The translations under genes were made by a program, and so were the position numbers. This document shows, in pieces, positions 1 through 9,072 of a stretch of DNA of 64,000 bases; positions within the stretch are counted from its first letter, which is position 1; each line of letters opens with the position of its first letter. Source of the stretch: Vulcanimicrobiota bacterium (GTDB taxonomy: Bacteria; Vulcanimicrobiota; Vulcanimicrobiia; Vulcanimicrobiales; Vulcanimicrobiaceae); assembly GCA_963714015.1 (NCBI GenBank), contig OY970223.1, forward strand, positions 2,944,001-3,008,000. Direction: 5' to 3'. The notes under the pieces were generated by a model. It worked only from the letters and a program-made list of their open reading frames with translations, made no database searches and was not told the DNA's origin.

Positions 1-1387
1 CAGGCTGGAAATTTTCGAGATGCTGGACGCGCCGGGCGAAGAGAGTTCCAACGCCCTCAACAATGCCGGCACGGGTCATGCCGCACTTTGCGAGCTGAAC
101 TACACGCCGCAAAAGCCGGATGGGAGCGTGGACATCTCCCGGGCACTGGCCGTGAACGCGCAGTTCGACCTCTCGCGTCAGTTCTGGTCCTACGGCGTTC
201 GCAGCGGCTCGCTCGGCGCTCCGGAAACCTTCATTCACGACGTTCCGCACATCAGCTTCGTTTGGGGCGACGACAACGTCGCTTTCCTGAGAAAGCGCTA
301 TGACGCGATGAGCGTTCATCACTGCTTTGCCGGCATGCAATACAGCGAAGATTCATCAGTACTCGGGCAGTGGATGCCGCTGGTCATGGAGGGGCGCGAT
401 CCGAAAGAGCGAGTCGCGGCGACGTATATGGCAACCGGTACCGACGTCGATTTTGGTGCGATTACGCGCCAGCTGATCGCGCACGTCGGAAATCAGCCGG
501 GCGTAACCGTTTCGTACTCGACGATGGTCAGCGATCTAAAGCGCAGCAACGACGGCAGTTGGTGCGTAACGGTCAAGGATCTGAAAGCCGGCACGACGCG
601 CAAAATCACGACGAATAAAGTGTTCCTTGGCGCGGGCGGCGGCGCACTCACGCTGCTGCAGAAATCCGGCGTTCCGGAAGGCAAAGGAATCGGCGGCTTT
701 CCCGTAAGCGGCATCTTTCTGCGCTGCAGCGATCCGGACGTCGTCAAGCGCCATAACGGAAAAGTCTACGGAAAAGCAGCCGTGGGCGCCCCGCCGATGT
801 CGGTTCCGCATTTGGATTCGCGGTACATCGACGGCGAGAAATCGCTTCTCTTCGGTCCGTACGCGGGCTTCTCGACGAAGTTTCTCAAGCATGGTTCGCG
901 CAAGGATCTGTTCGGTTCAGTCAAACCGGACAATCTGAAATCGCTGCTCGCCGTCGGCCGCGACAACTTCGATCTGACGAAATACCTGATTCATGAGGTT
1001 CTGAAGTCGAAGGACGACAAGATCGCCTCACTGCATGAATATTATCCCGTCGCAGACGCATCCAAGTGGGGCTTCATCGTTGCGGGACAGCGCGTGCAAG
1101 TCATCATGCCGGACGATAGCAAAGGCGGCAAGCTCGAGTTCGGGACGAAAGTCGTGGCAACGGCGGACGGTTCCATCGCAGCTGTGCTCGGCGCATCGCC
1201 GGGAGCGTCCGTCGCCGTGGCAGTCGTGCTGGAAGTCCTCGGTAAAACGTACGGCAGCGAACTGCGCGGCTGGGAATCAAAACTTCGCGAAATGATCCCG
1301 TCGTATGGACGTTCCATCGCGGACGACGCCGATCTTTGCCGCGCCGTGCGTGCGGATACGGCAGCGGCGCTTCATCTGACGAACTAG
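1..1387 (+). CDS. mqo: Malate:quinone oxidoreductase (5' end outside window)
   Basis: [49 protein letters not shown] and LGASPGAS motifs typical of Mqo. Confidence 0.95.
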   Translation, partial: RLEIFEMLDAPGEESSNALNNAGTGHAALCELNYTPQKPDGSVDISRALAVNAQFDLSRQFWSYGVRSGSLGAPETFIHDVPHISFVWGDDNVAFLRKRYDAMSVHHCFAGMQYSEDSSVLGQWMPLVMEGRDPKERVAATYMATGTDVDFGAITRQLIAHVGNQPGVTVSYSTMVSDLKRSNDGSWCVTVKDLKAGTTRKITTNKVFLGAGGGALTLLQKSGVPEGKGIGGFPVSGIFLRCSDPDVVKRHNGKVYGKAAVGAPPMSVPHLDSRYIDGEKSLLFGPYAGFSTKFLKHGSRKDLFGSVKPDNLKSLLAVGRDNFDLTKYLIHEVLKSKDDKIASLHEYYPVADASKWGFIVAGQRVQVIMPDDSKGGKLEFGTKVVATADGSIAAVLGASPGASVAVAVVLEVLGKTYGSELRGWESKLREMIPSYGRSIADDADLCRAVRADTAAALHLTN

Positions 1388-1403
1388 CGAAGATCGCCGG
1401 CCC

Positions 1404-2372
1404 CTACGGCTCGGTCAAGACATCTTCGGACGTGCGGAACATCGAGAGTTCCCAGGCCAAGCCATGCGCGCTGCCAGGTGGCCCGGCCTCGCTCGACTCG
1501 TTGGCGAATGAAACGCTGACGTGCGAATACGCATGACCGAGGTATTTCACCACACCAAGTGCCTCCTCGTCGGCAATATATGTGCGACTGCCGTCATCGG
1601 TAAACCGAATCAACCACGGTAAGCCGGGGCCGGGACCTTCCGTGAAGTTTCCCTGAATTATTGCTTGCTCCGTTGCAAGCGTGTTGACGTTAATCCATAG
1701 CTGCCGAAGCCGAAGCAACTCTGCGTCATGGCGCGGAGTCAAGGCTAGATGATAGCAAGGGGCGCCGTCGACGACCTCCAGTCCATCGTACCGGATATCG
1801 TAGTCCCTAGGCGCAGCCGTTACTGAAGCGATCGTCCTTAGACCGGCCGCGGCCGACGAAGGCGTCTTGGTAACTACCGCCGGCTTCTCATTCGACGATG
1901 CATTCGCCATGCCAAAGGAATACGTCGGCGAAAGCAGCGGAACGCCGAGTAAATCGTACTGCTGCGGCTGAGTCAGCGGCATTGTTTTTGACACGTTGAC
2001 GACACCGCCCCCGTCAACACTCGGATGCGCCGTAAGCGATGGAGCACCGGCGTAACTCAGCGTGATTCGGGCCTTTAGGCTTACTCCATGGGGCACGAAC
2101 GGACGCGCCGCTTCCTGCGCGCTTGTAGCTTGAACGGAGATCTTGCCGCTCGTCGTGTCTACTAAAGACGAGTACGTGTTTGTCACGATACGCGTCTTTT
2201 CAGTTCCGTAGATCGTGACCGTGTACGTCAAAAGAGCGGGATAACTCTCGGCTGACCAGCGACCGCGCGCTTGTGCAAAAATTGCATAGGGATCAAGCAC
2301 TCCTGAGGACGGTGCGACGAGCGCGGCGAGCGCAACCATACATAGGTTTTCAACGATGCTGCCGTATTCCAT
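1404..2372 (-). CDS. Hypothetical secreted protein (possible LolA/MucB-like C-terminal region)
   Basis: 322-aa ORF with hydrophobic N-terminus; DGLEVVDGAPCYHLALTPR...LWINVNT resembles lipoprotein-sorting folds; starts about 8 nt after the CCA of a tRNA fragment. Confidence 0.6.
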   Translation of the reverse strand: MEYGSIVENLCMVALAALVAPSSGVLDPYAIFAQARGRWSAESYPALLTYTVTIYGTEKTRIVTNTYSSLVDTTSGKISVQATSAQEAARPFVPHGVSLKARITLSYAGAPSLTAHPSVDGGGVVNVSKTMPLTQPQQYDLLGVPLLSPTYSFGMANASSNEKPAVVTKTPSSAAAGLRTIASVTAAPRDYDIRYDGLEVVDGAPCYHLALTPRHDAELLRLRQLWINVNTLATEQAIIQGNFTEGPGPGLPWLIRFTDDGSRTYIADEEALGVVKYLGHAYSHVSVSFANESSEAGPPGSAHGLAWELSMFRTSEDVLTEP

Positions 2373-2379
2373 GTATGTA

Positions 2380-2425
2380 TGGCGACGCTAAAGGGGCTCG
2401 AACCCTCGACCTCCGCCGTGACAGG
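2380..2425 (-). repeat. Duplicated 3' half of tRNA-Asp (att-like site)
   Basis: 46-nt match (2 mismatches) to 3313-3358, running from the anticodon loop to CCA. Confidence 0.9.
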
Positions 2426-2489
2426 TCGAGTGAAGGCGTTCCACCGCGTTTTTAGTACGGGTTGGCGGCCAGTGTGATACGATGTCGTC

Positions 2490-3270
2490 ATGGCGCAGGG
2501 CCTAACATTGACGCTAGTTTTGGCGTGTTCGCTCACGCTGGGACCACTGATCTCCACATCGCACCACGCTACGTCGAAGACGTACAAGGATTTGCGGGCA
2601 ACGTTGGATTGGAGCAGTGAACTCCGCTGGCAGGAACCGGACGATGGCGGTCCACGCTACAAAGGGTCGCTCTTCGGATCCGCGTACGTGCGCATCACCG
2701 CACCGGGAATGACGCCGCAAGTCCTTTCGCTTGCACCGTTTTTACCGGAAGGGCACGCCTACACAGCGGTCGATGGTCCATCGGACGGGTGCGGCGCCGT
2801 CACGAACCTGGCAATACTGCCGAAAGCGCGATCGCCGCTGCCTTACGTCGTCGCTTTCGTCGTGCTTGCGGAAAAGGGATGTTTGGCGCTTCCTATTGTG
2901 TTTGTTCCATTGCATTCCGGCGACCGATACGCATACGTCGGCGCCCCATATTATGCGACATGGTGGAGCGGACCGAGAGCAACGTCACGCATTCGCGCCG
3001 CGTCTATCGATAATGTGTCGTTACCGAGCCGCAGCGCTCTTGGCGCCGTAGTTCATAACGAGTGGACCGTTATCGTTGTAACCAACGCTCTTTCGACCGG
3101 GCCGCGCGTCGCTGTCTTTGAGCCTCCCAATAGGCCGAAGCAAATCCGCCTCGACTCAACAATAATGTTAGGTGACGTTACAGCGCCTGGTTCGCTCGCT
3201 AGCCACCGAAAAAGCGCGGCCTCTCACCTCGTCGCGGAACGTCGGGTAACCGGTGCCTGGCCGGTGATCG
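2490..3270 (+). CDS. Hypothetical secreted protein in tRNA-Asp islet, 3' end probably lost
   Basis: Signal-peptide-like N-terminus; frame stays open through the tRNA terminator and antisense tRNAs to 3527; end coordinate approximate. Confidence 0.5.
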
Positions 3271-3304
3271 AAAAAAGCCTCGACGCAAACGCACCGAGGC
3301 TTTT
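3271..3304 (-). terminator. Intrinsic terminator of tRNA-Val/tRNA-Asp operon (bidirectional shape)
   Basis: AAAAAAGCCTCG-loop-CGAGGCTTTT hairpin directly after tRNA-Asp. Confidence 0.85.
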
Positions 3305-3312
3305 CTTTAAAA

Positions 3313-3389
3313 TGGCGACGCAGAAGGGGCTCGAACCCTCGACCTCCGCCGTGACAGGGCGGCGCTCTAACCAACTGAGCTACTGCGCC
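3313..3389 (-). tRNA. tRNA-Asp(GTC)
   Basis: GGCGCAGTAGCTCAGTTGGTTAGAGCGCCGCCCTGTCACGGCGGAGGTCGAGGGTTCGAGCCCCTTCTGCGTCGCCA cloverleaf with encoded CCA. Confidence 0.97.
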
Positions 3390-3463
3390 ATCGCCGATTA
3401 CGGTCCCGTTCGGGACAGCCGACCACTATTAGCACTCGCCGCGGCCCGACCCTTTAGCCGCAA

Positions 3464-3538
3464 TGGTGGGCACGGTTGGGATCGAACCAACGACCCTCCG
3501 CGTGTGAAGCGGATGCTCTCCCACTGAGCTACGCGCCC
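3464..3538 (-). tRNA. tRNA-Val(CAC)
   Basis: GGGCGCGTAGCTCAGTGGGAGAGCATCCGCTTCACACGCGGAGGGTCGTTGGTTCGATCCCAACCGTGCCCACCA. Confidence 0.97.
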
Positions 3539-3559
3539 TCACGGCTCCGGAACCGGGTC

Positions 3560-3589
3560 ATTCTACGTCAGCCGGCCGAGCCTTGTCCA
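3560..3589 (-). promoter_or_regulatory. Sigma70-like promoter of tRNA operon
   Basis: TGGACA-18 nt-TAGAAT about 20 nt upstream of tRNA-Val(CAC). Confidence 0.6.
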
Positions 3590-3641
3590 GCGGCAACGTC
3601 GTCGCGATGAGCCGGCGGGTGAGTCAGCGAACCGGGCGCCC

Positions 3642-4073
3642 ATGCTCGAAGGCTACCCGCTCGTCTCGCGCTTCAGTGTGCCGTTCGCCGACGTGGATAT
3701 GATGCGCCATGTGAACAACGTCGCTTACTTGCGCTGGACCGAGACGTTACGCTCCGAATATTTCGCCCAAGTCATGCGCACGCCGATCAACGGTGACCAC
3801 GGGATGATTCAAGCCTCCATCAATTTTACGTACGAGCGTCAGCTGGCGTATCGCGAACGAGTCGCGGTGGGATGCCGAATCCCACGCATCGGCAACAAAT
3901 CGTTCGACTTCGAATACGAGATTTGGAGCGAGACCAAAGGGCGTCGTGCCGCTCACGGCATTACGACAATGGTCGCATTCGATTTCTTCCACGATCGCAC
4001 GATCGTCGTTCCGCAGGAGTGGCGCGAGGCCATTGCCCAGTATGAAAGCGGTCCGCAGCGGATATACACATAG
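3642..4073 (+). CDS. Acyl-CoA thioesterase (YbgC/FadM hot-dog family)
   Basis: DVDMMRHVNNVAYLRWTETLR motif. Confidence 0.9.
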   Translation: MLEGYPLVSRFSVPFADVDMMRHVNNVAYLRWTETLRSEYFAQVMRTPINGDHGMIQASINFTYERQLAYRERVAVGCRIPRIGNKSFDFEYEIWSETKGRRAAHGITTMVAFDFFHDRTIVVPQEWREAIAQYESGPQRIYT

Positions 4074-4078
4074 GTACC

Positions 4079-5206
4079 GTGCAAAATTCTTCGACCGAGC
4101 AAGCGTCCGCCCTCAACGACCCCGTAGCCGCTGCCAAGGCGGCGGGACTGCGCTACGTTTCGGATGAGGGTCCCGGCATCCGCCGCGTCGAGCGCGGGAA
4201 GTCGTTCGCGTACGTCGGCGTAGACGGCAAGATCATTGAAGACGAGGACGAGCTCCGCCGAATAAAATCGCTCGCCGTTCCTCCCGCGTATACTGACATC
4301 TGGATCTGCCCCATTGCTAACGGCCATCTGCAGGCGACGGGCCGGGATGCTCGCGGACGCAAGCAATACCGTTACCATAAACGCTGGCGCGAGGTTCGCG
4401 ACGAGAACAAGTACGGCCGAATGATGGCGTTCGCGCGCGCGCTGCCGAAGATCCGCAAGCGTATTGAAGCGGATCTCGGGCTTCCCGAACTGCCCCGTGA
4501 GAAGGTGCTGGCGACAATCGTGCAGCTGCTCGAAACGACTGCCATCCGCATCGGCAACGACGAGTATGCCAAGGAGAACAACTCCTTCGGACTGACGACG
4601 CTGCGTAACAAACACGCGCACGTGAAAGGTGCGACGATTCGCTTCTCATTTCGCGGAAAAAGCGGCGTGCGTCATGCAATCGATTTACACGATCGCCGGC
4701 TCGCCCGGATCGTACGGCAATGTCAAGAGTTGCCGGGACAACAACTCTTTGAATACATCGACGACGAAGGCCAGACCCGAACGATCGACTCCTCCGACGT
4801 GAACGACTACATCCGCGAAGTCTCCGGCGATGAGTTTTCGGCCAAAGACTTTCGGACGTGGGTCGGCACCGTTACCTGTGCCATGTTGCTCGCACAAGCC
4901 GAGGCCGCCGAGGCGCAGACCGAACGCAAATCGCGCGTGACGGCGGTCATCAAGGACGTCGCGCAGCGGCTGGGCAACACGCCGGCGGTTTGCCGCAAGT
5001 GTTACGTCCATCCCGACGTGCTTGAAGCGTATATGGAAAGCGGGACGTTGGATTTCAACCGGAAGGCGCGTCACACGCAGGGGCTGCTTGCGGAGGAACT
5101 CTTCGTTCTCGCTTTGCTCGAGGAGCGAGCCAAGGAGACGGATTCGGATCGAACCTCGCGCCGCTTGCAGCAATCTCTGCGGGCGCGCAAGAAGAAAGCC
5201 GCGTGA
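4079..5206 (+). CDS. Bacterial DNA topoisomerase IB (poxvirus-like)
   Basis: VPPAYTDIWIC, ATGRDARGRKQYRYH, IRIGNDEY, FRGKSG, AKDFRTW and LGNTPAVCRKCYVHP motifs; catalytic residues appear intact. Confidence 0.95.
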   Translation: MQNSSTEQASALNDPVAAAKAAGLRYVSDEGPGIRRVERGKSFAYVGVDGKIIEDEDELRRIKSLAVPPAYTDIWICPIANGHLQATGRDARGRKQYRYHKRWREVRDENKYGRMMAFARALPKIRKRIEADLGLPELPREKVLATIVQLLETTAIRIGNDEYAKENNSFGLTTLRNKHAHVKGATIRFSFRGKSGVRHAIDLHDRRLARIVRQCQELPGQQLFEYIDDEGQTRTIDSSDVNDYIREVSGDEFSAKDFRTWVGTVTCAMLLAQAEAAEAQTERKSRVTAVIKDVAQRLGNTPAVCRKCYVHPDVLEAYMESGTLDFNRKARHTQGLLAEELFVLALLEERAKETDSDRTSRRLQQSLRARKKKAA

Positions 5207-6634
5207 TAGCCGCCCTCGTTCTGGCGACCCTTACTGCAACTGCCGATGCTCACAGAACCGTAACCACCGCGAACGCGGCCGCGCAAGCTGCTTTCGATCG
5301 CGGATTGAGCTTGCTCTATGCGTACAACGGCGATAAAGCGTATGATGCATTCGCCGAAGCTCTCGTCGACGATCCGCATCTGGCGATGGCCGCCTGGGGA
5401 GAGGCGCTCTCTGCCGGCTCCGATCTGAACACGCTGCTGGACGCGCGGCGGTTCACCCGCGCGCAAGCCGCCGCACAGCATGCAGCAGCGCTGGAACAAT
5501 ACGCCTCGCCCGAGGAACGTCTGTACGTGGAAGCTGTCGGCCAGCGCTACGCCGGATCGTTCGCCGGCCACGAAGCCGACGAGGCCGTCTACCGGGAAAA
5601 GATGGCGCAGCTCGTGGCGGCGTATCCGCTGGACGACGACGCCGCGACGCTCGATGCGGAAGCGATTCTCGAGAGTGTCGGTACTTCGGACATGTGGAGT
5701 GCCGACGGCACCAAACCGACAGCCTCCTGCAATGACCGTCCTCTCGCTCATTACGCGCGTGCTCCAGCGCAATCCGCAGAACGTTTTCGCCAATCATTTG
5801 TGCATGCACGCCTACGATTACGCAAAGAATCATGCGCAGGCGCTCGCATGCGCGGATCGTGTCGCATCCTGGACGTTTTCGCCGGACCAAGAACACCTCT
5901 CGCACATGCCCGCGCATACGTATTTAGAGGCCGGAATGTACGAGAGGGCCATGGAGGTCAGCGAGCGCACGTGGCGGTTGCGCGATGACTGGGCGGGTCA
6001 AAAATACGCGGCGCACGACGCCTACACCGGATGGAGCGCTGCGATGATGCTCGGCGACGTTCATACGGCTGAAACGTGGGCTCTGCGTACCGGTCAAATC
6101 TACGGCGGAAGCGACCTTTGGGTGACTTGGGCGCGCTTCGGTGAATGGAGCCGCATTGCAGCCTCGACGCCCGGCGGGCAATTCTTCGCGCCGTTCGCGC
6201 GTGGCCTTACCGATGTCCATTTCAACGTCATGAAGGACGCTCGTGAAATGCTCGGTCTCTATGCAAATGTCGATGCGGACTACCGCTGGATATTGCAGGC
6301 GGCAATCGACGAGCGTGATGGCCATATTGCCGGCGCGATCGACGATCTGCATCATGCGCTTGCCTATCAAGCGCGTGAAGACGGCGGCGAAGAGCTTCCG
6401 CTCTTTCCGGCAGGCGAAGCGCTGGGCGCGCTTTACTATCGGCAAGCGCGTTACGCCGATGCGCAAGCAGCCTTTGAGCAAACGCTTCAGCGTTATCCGA
6501 ACGATCCGCGCGCGCTCTACGGACTGAGCCTTGCGCAGCAGCAACTCGGTCAGGCAGTAACTTCGCAGCAGACACTGAAGAGTTTTCAGCTGATATGGAC
6601 CGACCCCGCGCCTCCGAGCATCGCAGATCTCTAA
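5203..6634 (+). CDS. Secreted TPR-repeat protein (frameshift near 5730)
   Basis: ORFs 5203..5988 and 5480..6634 join into one TPR protein (AQAAFDRGL, HLSHMPAHTY, PNDPRALYGL); GTGA overlap with topIB. Confidence 0.8.
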
Positions 6635-6676
6635 ACGCGCGGCGTTGAGAAAGACGCGCACGAGCGACGTCGGCCC

Positions 6677-6871
6677 TTATGCCTCATGCCTGCGCAGCGC
6701 TTGTGCAAACATCGCGAAAAGGTCGCTCAGCGTCTGCGCCGTTTCGGCCAACCGGTTGCGAATGCTGCTACTTCGCCCGCTTTCCAATCTGCGAAGCAGC
6801 CGCGCGTGCGCGGCTTGCGCGAGCAGTTCTTCGCGGCGCTGGCGGACGGCAACGCCAATCCAATCTTCCAT
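6677..6871 (-). CDS. Small hypothetical helical protein (64 aa)
   Basis: RQRREELLAQAAHARLLR amphipathic pattern; lies downstream of a promoter, leader and attenuator. Confidence 0.65.
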   Translation of the reverse strand: MEDWIGVAVRQRREELLAQAAHARLLRRLESGRSSSIRNRLAETAQTLSDLFAMFAQALRRHEA

Positions 6872-6949
6872 AAACGCTTCTCACAAAGACAAAGTGTAAA
6901 TAAGGTCGTGGCGGCCACCGTCATGGTGGACCTGTCGACCACGAGTAAT

Positions 6950-6977
6950 AAAAAAGCCTCCGACGATGCGGAGACTT
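6950..6977 (-). terminator. Attenuator terminator
   Basis: AAGTCTCCG-CATCGT-CGGAGGCTTTTTT on minus strand. Confidence 0.8.
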
Positions 6978-7001
6978 CGGTAGATCGGCCGGCGGCCTGT
7001 G

Positions 7002-7097
7002 CTACGCCGGACCTGGACCTACAAAGCCTCCACTGTGCGTGCCGTTGCCGGAAGCAACGGCGCAAATAACGTTGGGTTGCATCGTAGTGAATTTCAT
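7002..7097 (-). CDS. Putative leader peptide MKFTTMQPNVICAVASGNGTHSGGFVGPGPA (31 aa)
   Basis: AAGGAG SD upstream; 3' part is complementary to the 5' arm of the downstream terminator. Confidence 0.65.
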   Translation of the reverse strand: MKFTTMQPNVICAVASGNGTHSGGFVGPGPA

Positions 7098-7145
7098 CGT
7101 AATCCGTTGCTCCTTTCTTGTACTGGCACGCCCGTGCGGAGCCTT

Positions 7146-7175
7146 ACGATAGCACGCGCGCAATTGTACTGTCAA
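7146..7175 (-). promoter_or_regulatory. Sigma70-like promoter of leader and 64-aa gene
   Basis: TTGACA-18 nt-TATCGT with TGn extended -10. Confidence 0.7.
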
Positions 7176-7305
7176 ATTCTCGTTAGAACGGATCGCATGT
7201 TTGCGGGCGATTTTCGCCGCGTGAAAGGGTCCGGGAGCCGTTTGCGAATAAACCGTTTGACGGCCGCGGAATGGCGTTTGCTATACTCGGCCGGTTGACG
7301 CCCGG

Positions 7306-7380
7306 GGGCGGTTAGCTCAGTGGGAGAGCGCTTCCTTGACACGGAAGAGGTCAGAAGTTCAATCCTTCTACCGCCCACCA
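7306..7380 (+). tRNA. tRNA-Val(GAC)
   Basis: GGGCGGTTAGCTCAGTGGGAGAGCGCTTCCTTGACACGGAAGAGGTCAGAAGTTCAATCCTTCTACCGCCCACCA; upstream TTGACG...TGCTATACT promoter. Confidence 0.97.
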
Positions 7381-7383
7381 TTT

Positions 7384-7412
7384 AAAAAACGTCGATTGGA
7401 TCGGCGTTTTTT
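7384..7412 (+). terminator. Intrinsic terminator after tRNA-Val(GAC)
   Basis: AAAAAACGTCGAT-TGG-ATCGGCGTTTTTT. Confidence 0.8.
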
Positions 7413-7736
7413 GTTTTAGAAGTCGGGCGACAGACTAAATTGACGTCGTAAGTATGGGCGAATCGACGCGACGGGAGGGTCTGCCGTGCCTTTCAACAAC
7501 CCATTAGTACTCTCGATTGATAGGGTACCGTAAGACAATGGTGTTGTTTGTAATATGTGGGTTGCTGTCGTTCGCGGCCGTAATAGGGATGACCGTATCC
7601 GTTCAGCGACGCCGCGGTGGCTACTTCGCGCATCCTACCGGCCAGGATAGGCCGCGCGAGGCTGATCTCAGCCCCCGAAAATCGGGCCAAATGAAATTGT
7701 GGTCTCTGAGGCAAAACGCCTCGCAAGGAGACCAGG

Positions 7737-8003
7737 ATGAAGAAATCCCGCTTCACCGAGTCGCAGATCGTCGCGATTCTGAAGGAGCACGACGCGACCG
7801 GCAAGACCAGCGAGATCTGCCGGCAGCACGGCATCCATCCCAATACGCTGCGGAACTGGAAGGCCAAGTACGGCGGCCTTGAAGTCAGCGACGTCGTGCG
7901 CATGAAGCAGCTCCAGGAAGAAAACGCCCGGCTCAAGCGCATCGTGGCAAACCAAGCGATGGACATCGATGCCCTCAAATATTTGAATGAAAAAAAATGG
8001 TAA
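7737..8003 (+). CDS. IS3 transposase OrfA
   Basis: MKKSRFTESQIVAILKE...ICRQHGI..TLRNWKAKYGG HTH plus leucine zipper. Confidence 0.95.
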   Translation: MKKSRFTESQIVAILKEHDATGKTSEICRQHGIHPNTLRNWKAKYGGLEVSDVVRMKQLQEENARLKRIVANQAMDIDALKYLNEKKW

Positions 8004-8860
8004 GCTCTGCCCGGCGCCGCGCGGCCGTGCAAGAGCTCAAAGGCCAGCGCGGTTATAGCGAGCGGCGTGCATGCCAACTCGTGGCATGTGCGCGATCCAC
8101 CGCGCAGTACCGGGCTCGAAAAGCGGATGATGCGGCACTGCTCGAGCCGATGAAGCAGCTCGTTGACCAGAATCGGCGCTCGGGCTATCGCGTGCTGCAT
8201 TTTCTGCTCAAGCGCGACTATGCGATTCAGGTGAATCACAAGCGCTTTTATCGCGTGTACCGTGCCGCCGGCCTGCAAGTTCGAAAGCGAAAGAAACGGC
8301 ATGTGCGCTACGAGCGTGGTCGCGAATCGCCGACCGTTACCAGGCCGAATGAACGGTGGTCTATGGATTTCGTTCACGATTCGCTGGCCAACGGCCGCAA
8401 AGTCAGGCTGCTCAATATCATCGACGACTTCACATGCGAATGCCTGCGGATCGAGGTCGACTCATCGCTGCCTTCTCGCCGCGTTATTGTGGCGCTTGAG
8501 CGTATCGCCAAAGAGCGCGGGTTTCCGCAAACCGTGAAATTTGACAACGGCAGCGAATTTTCAAGCCTTGCAATGCTGCGCTGGGGTGCAGAACGAAACG
8601 TGAAGTTGCACTTCATTGAACCCGGAAAACCGACGCAGAACGGAAAGATCGAGAGTTTCAACGCACGCCAACGTGATGAGTTGCTCAATGAACACTGGTT
8701 CTTGACTCTCGGTGACCTTCGGACTGAAGCCGAGCGCTGGCGCATTCGATACAACACGCATCGGCCTCATGGTTCGCTGGGTTATCTTACGCCGGCAGAA
8801 TTTGCGCGCCGTTATCGCGAATCGACCCAAAACACTACGCCACAATTTGAAGCGGCCTAG
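7997..8860 (+). CDS. IS3 transposase OrfB (DDE), -1 frame relative to OrfA
   Basis: WSMDF, DNGSEF and PGKPTQNGKIESFN; A8 run at 7990-7997. Confidence 0.95.
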   Translation: MVSSARRRAAVQELKGQRGYSERRACQLVACARSTAQYRARKADDAALLEPMKQLVDQNRRSGYRVLHFLLKRDYAIQVNHKRFYRVYRAAGLQVRKRKKRHVRYERGRESPTVTRPNERWSMDFVHDSLANGRKVRLLNIIDDFTCECLRIEVDSSLPSRRVIVALERIAKERGFPQTVKFDNGSEFSSLAMLRWGAERNVKLHFIEPGKPTQNGKIESFNARQRDELLNEHWFLTLGDLRTEAERWRIRYNTHRPHGSLGYLTPAEFARRYRESTQNTTPQFEAA

Positions 8861-9042
8861 CGAATGGGGTTAGATCAAGGCCACACCCGAACAGAAAGCC
8901 GGAGTGGGCATAGACTTTCCCGTTCACCATCCCTAACGCGATCAGTTATTTTGACGAGCGGTTCAAAAAGAACACGGAAAGCGGCCAGCCTCGAAGCCTG
9001 CCCTAGCCTAAAGGCTGGACGATTGGTGACGATCCGATGATT

Positions 9043-9072
9043 GAAGTTCAGTCCTTCTAGCGCGCACCATTT
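9043..9072 (+). repeat. Degenerate duplicate of tRNA-Val(GAC) 3' end (att-like site)
   Basis: GAAGTTCAGTCCTTCTAGCGCGCACCATTT versus GAAGTTCAATCCTTCTACCGCCCACCATTT (3 mismatches in 30). Confidence 0.8.

Larger units (their letters stand above)
7663..8877 (+). mobile_element. IS3-family insertion sequence (IS407-like group), 1215 bp
   Basis: Imperfect terminal IRs TGATCT..CCCC..GGCC..AAATTGTGG; 4-bp target duplication AGGC at 7659-7662 and 8878-8881; orfA/orfB. Confidence 0.95.
7538..8936 (+). pseudogene. Small membrane protein (about 59 aa) interrupted by IS3
   Basis: Removing the IS and one AGGC copy restores MVLFVICGLLSFAAVIGMTVSVQRRRGGYFAHPTGQDRPREATPEQKAGVGIDFPVHHP*. Confidence 0.65.

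Noticed and set aside
3270..3527. C-terminal extension of ORF 2490..3527
   Set aside because: Runs antisense through a terminator and two tRNA genes; not credible coding sequence.
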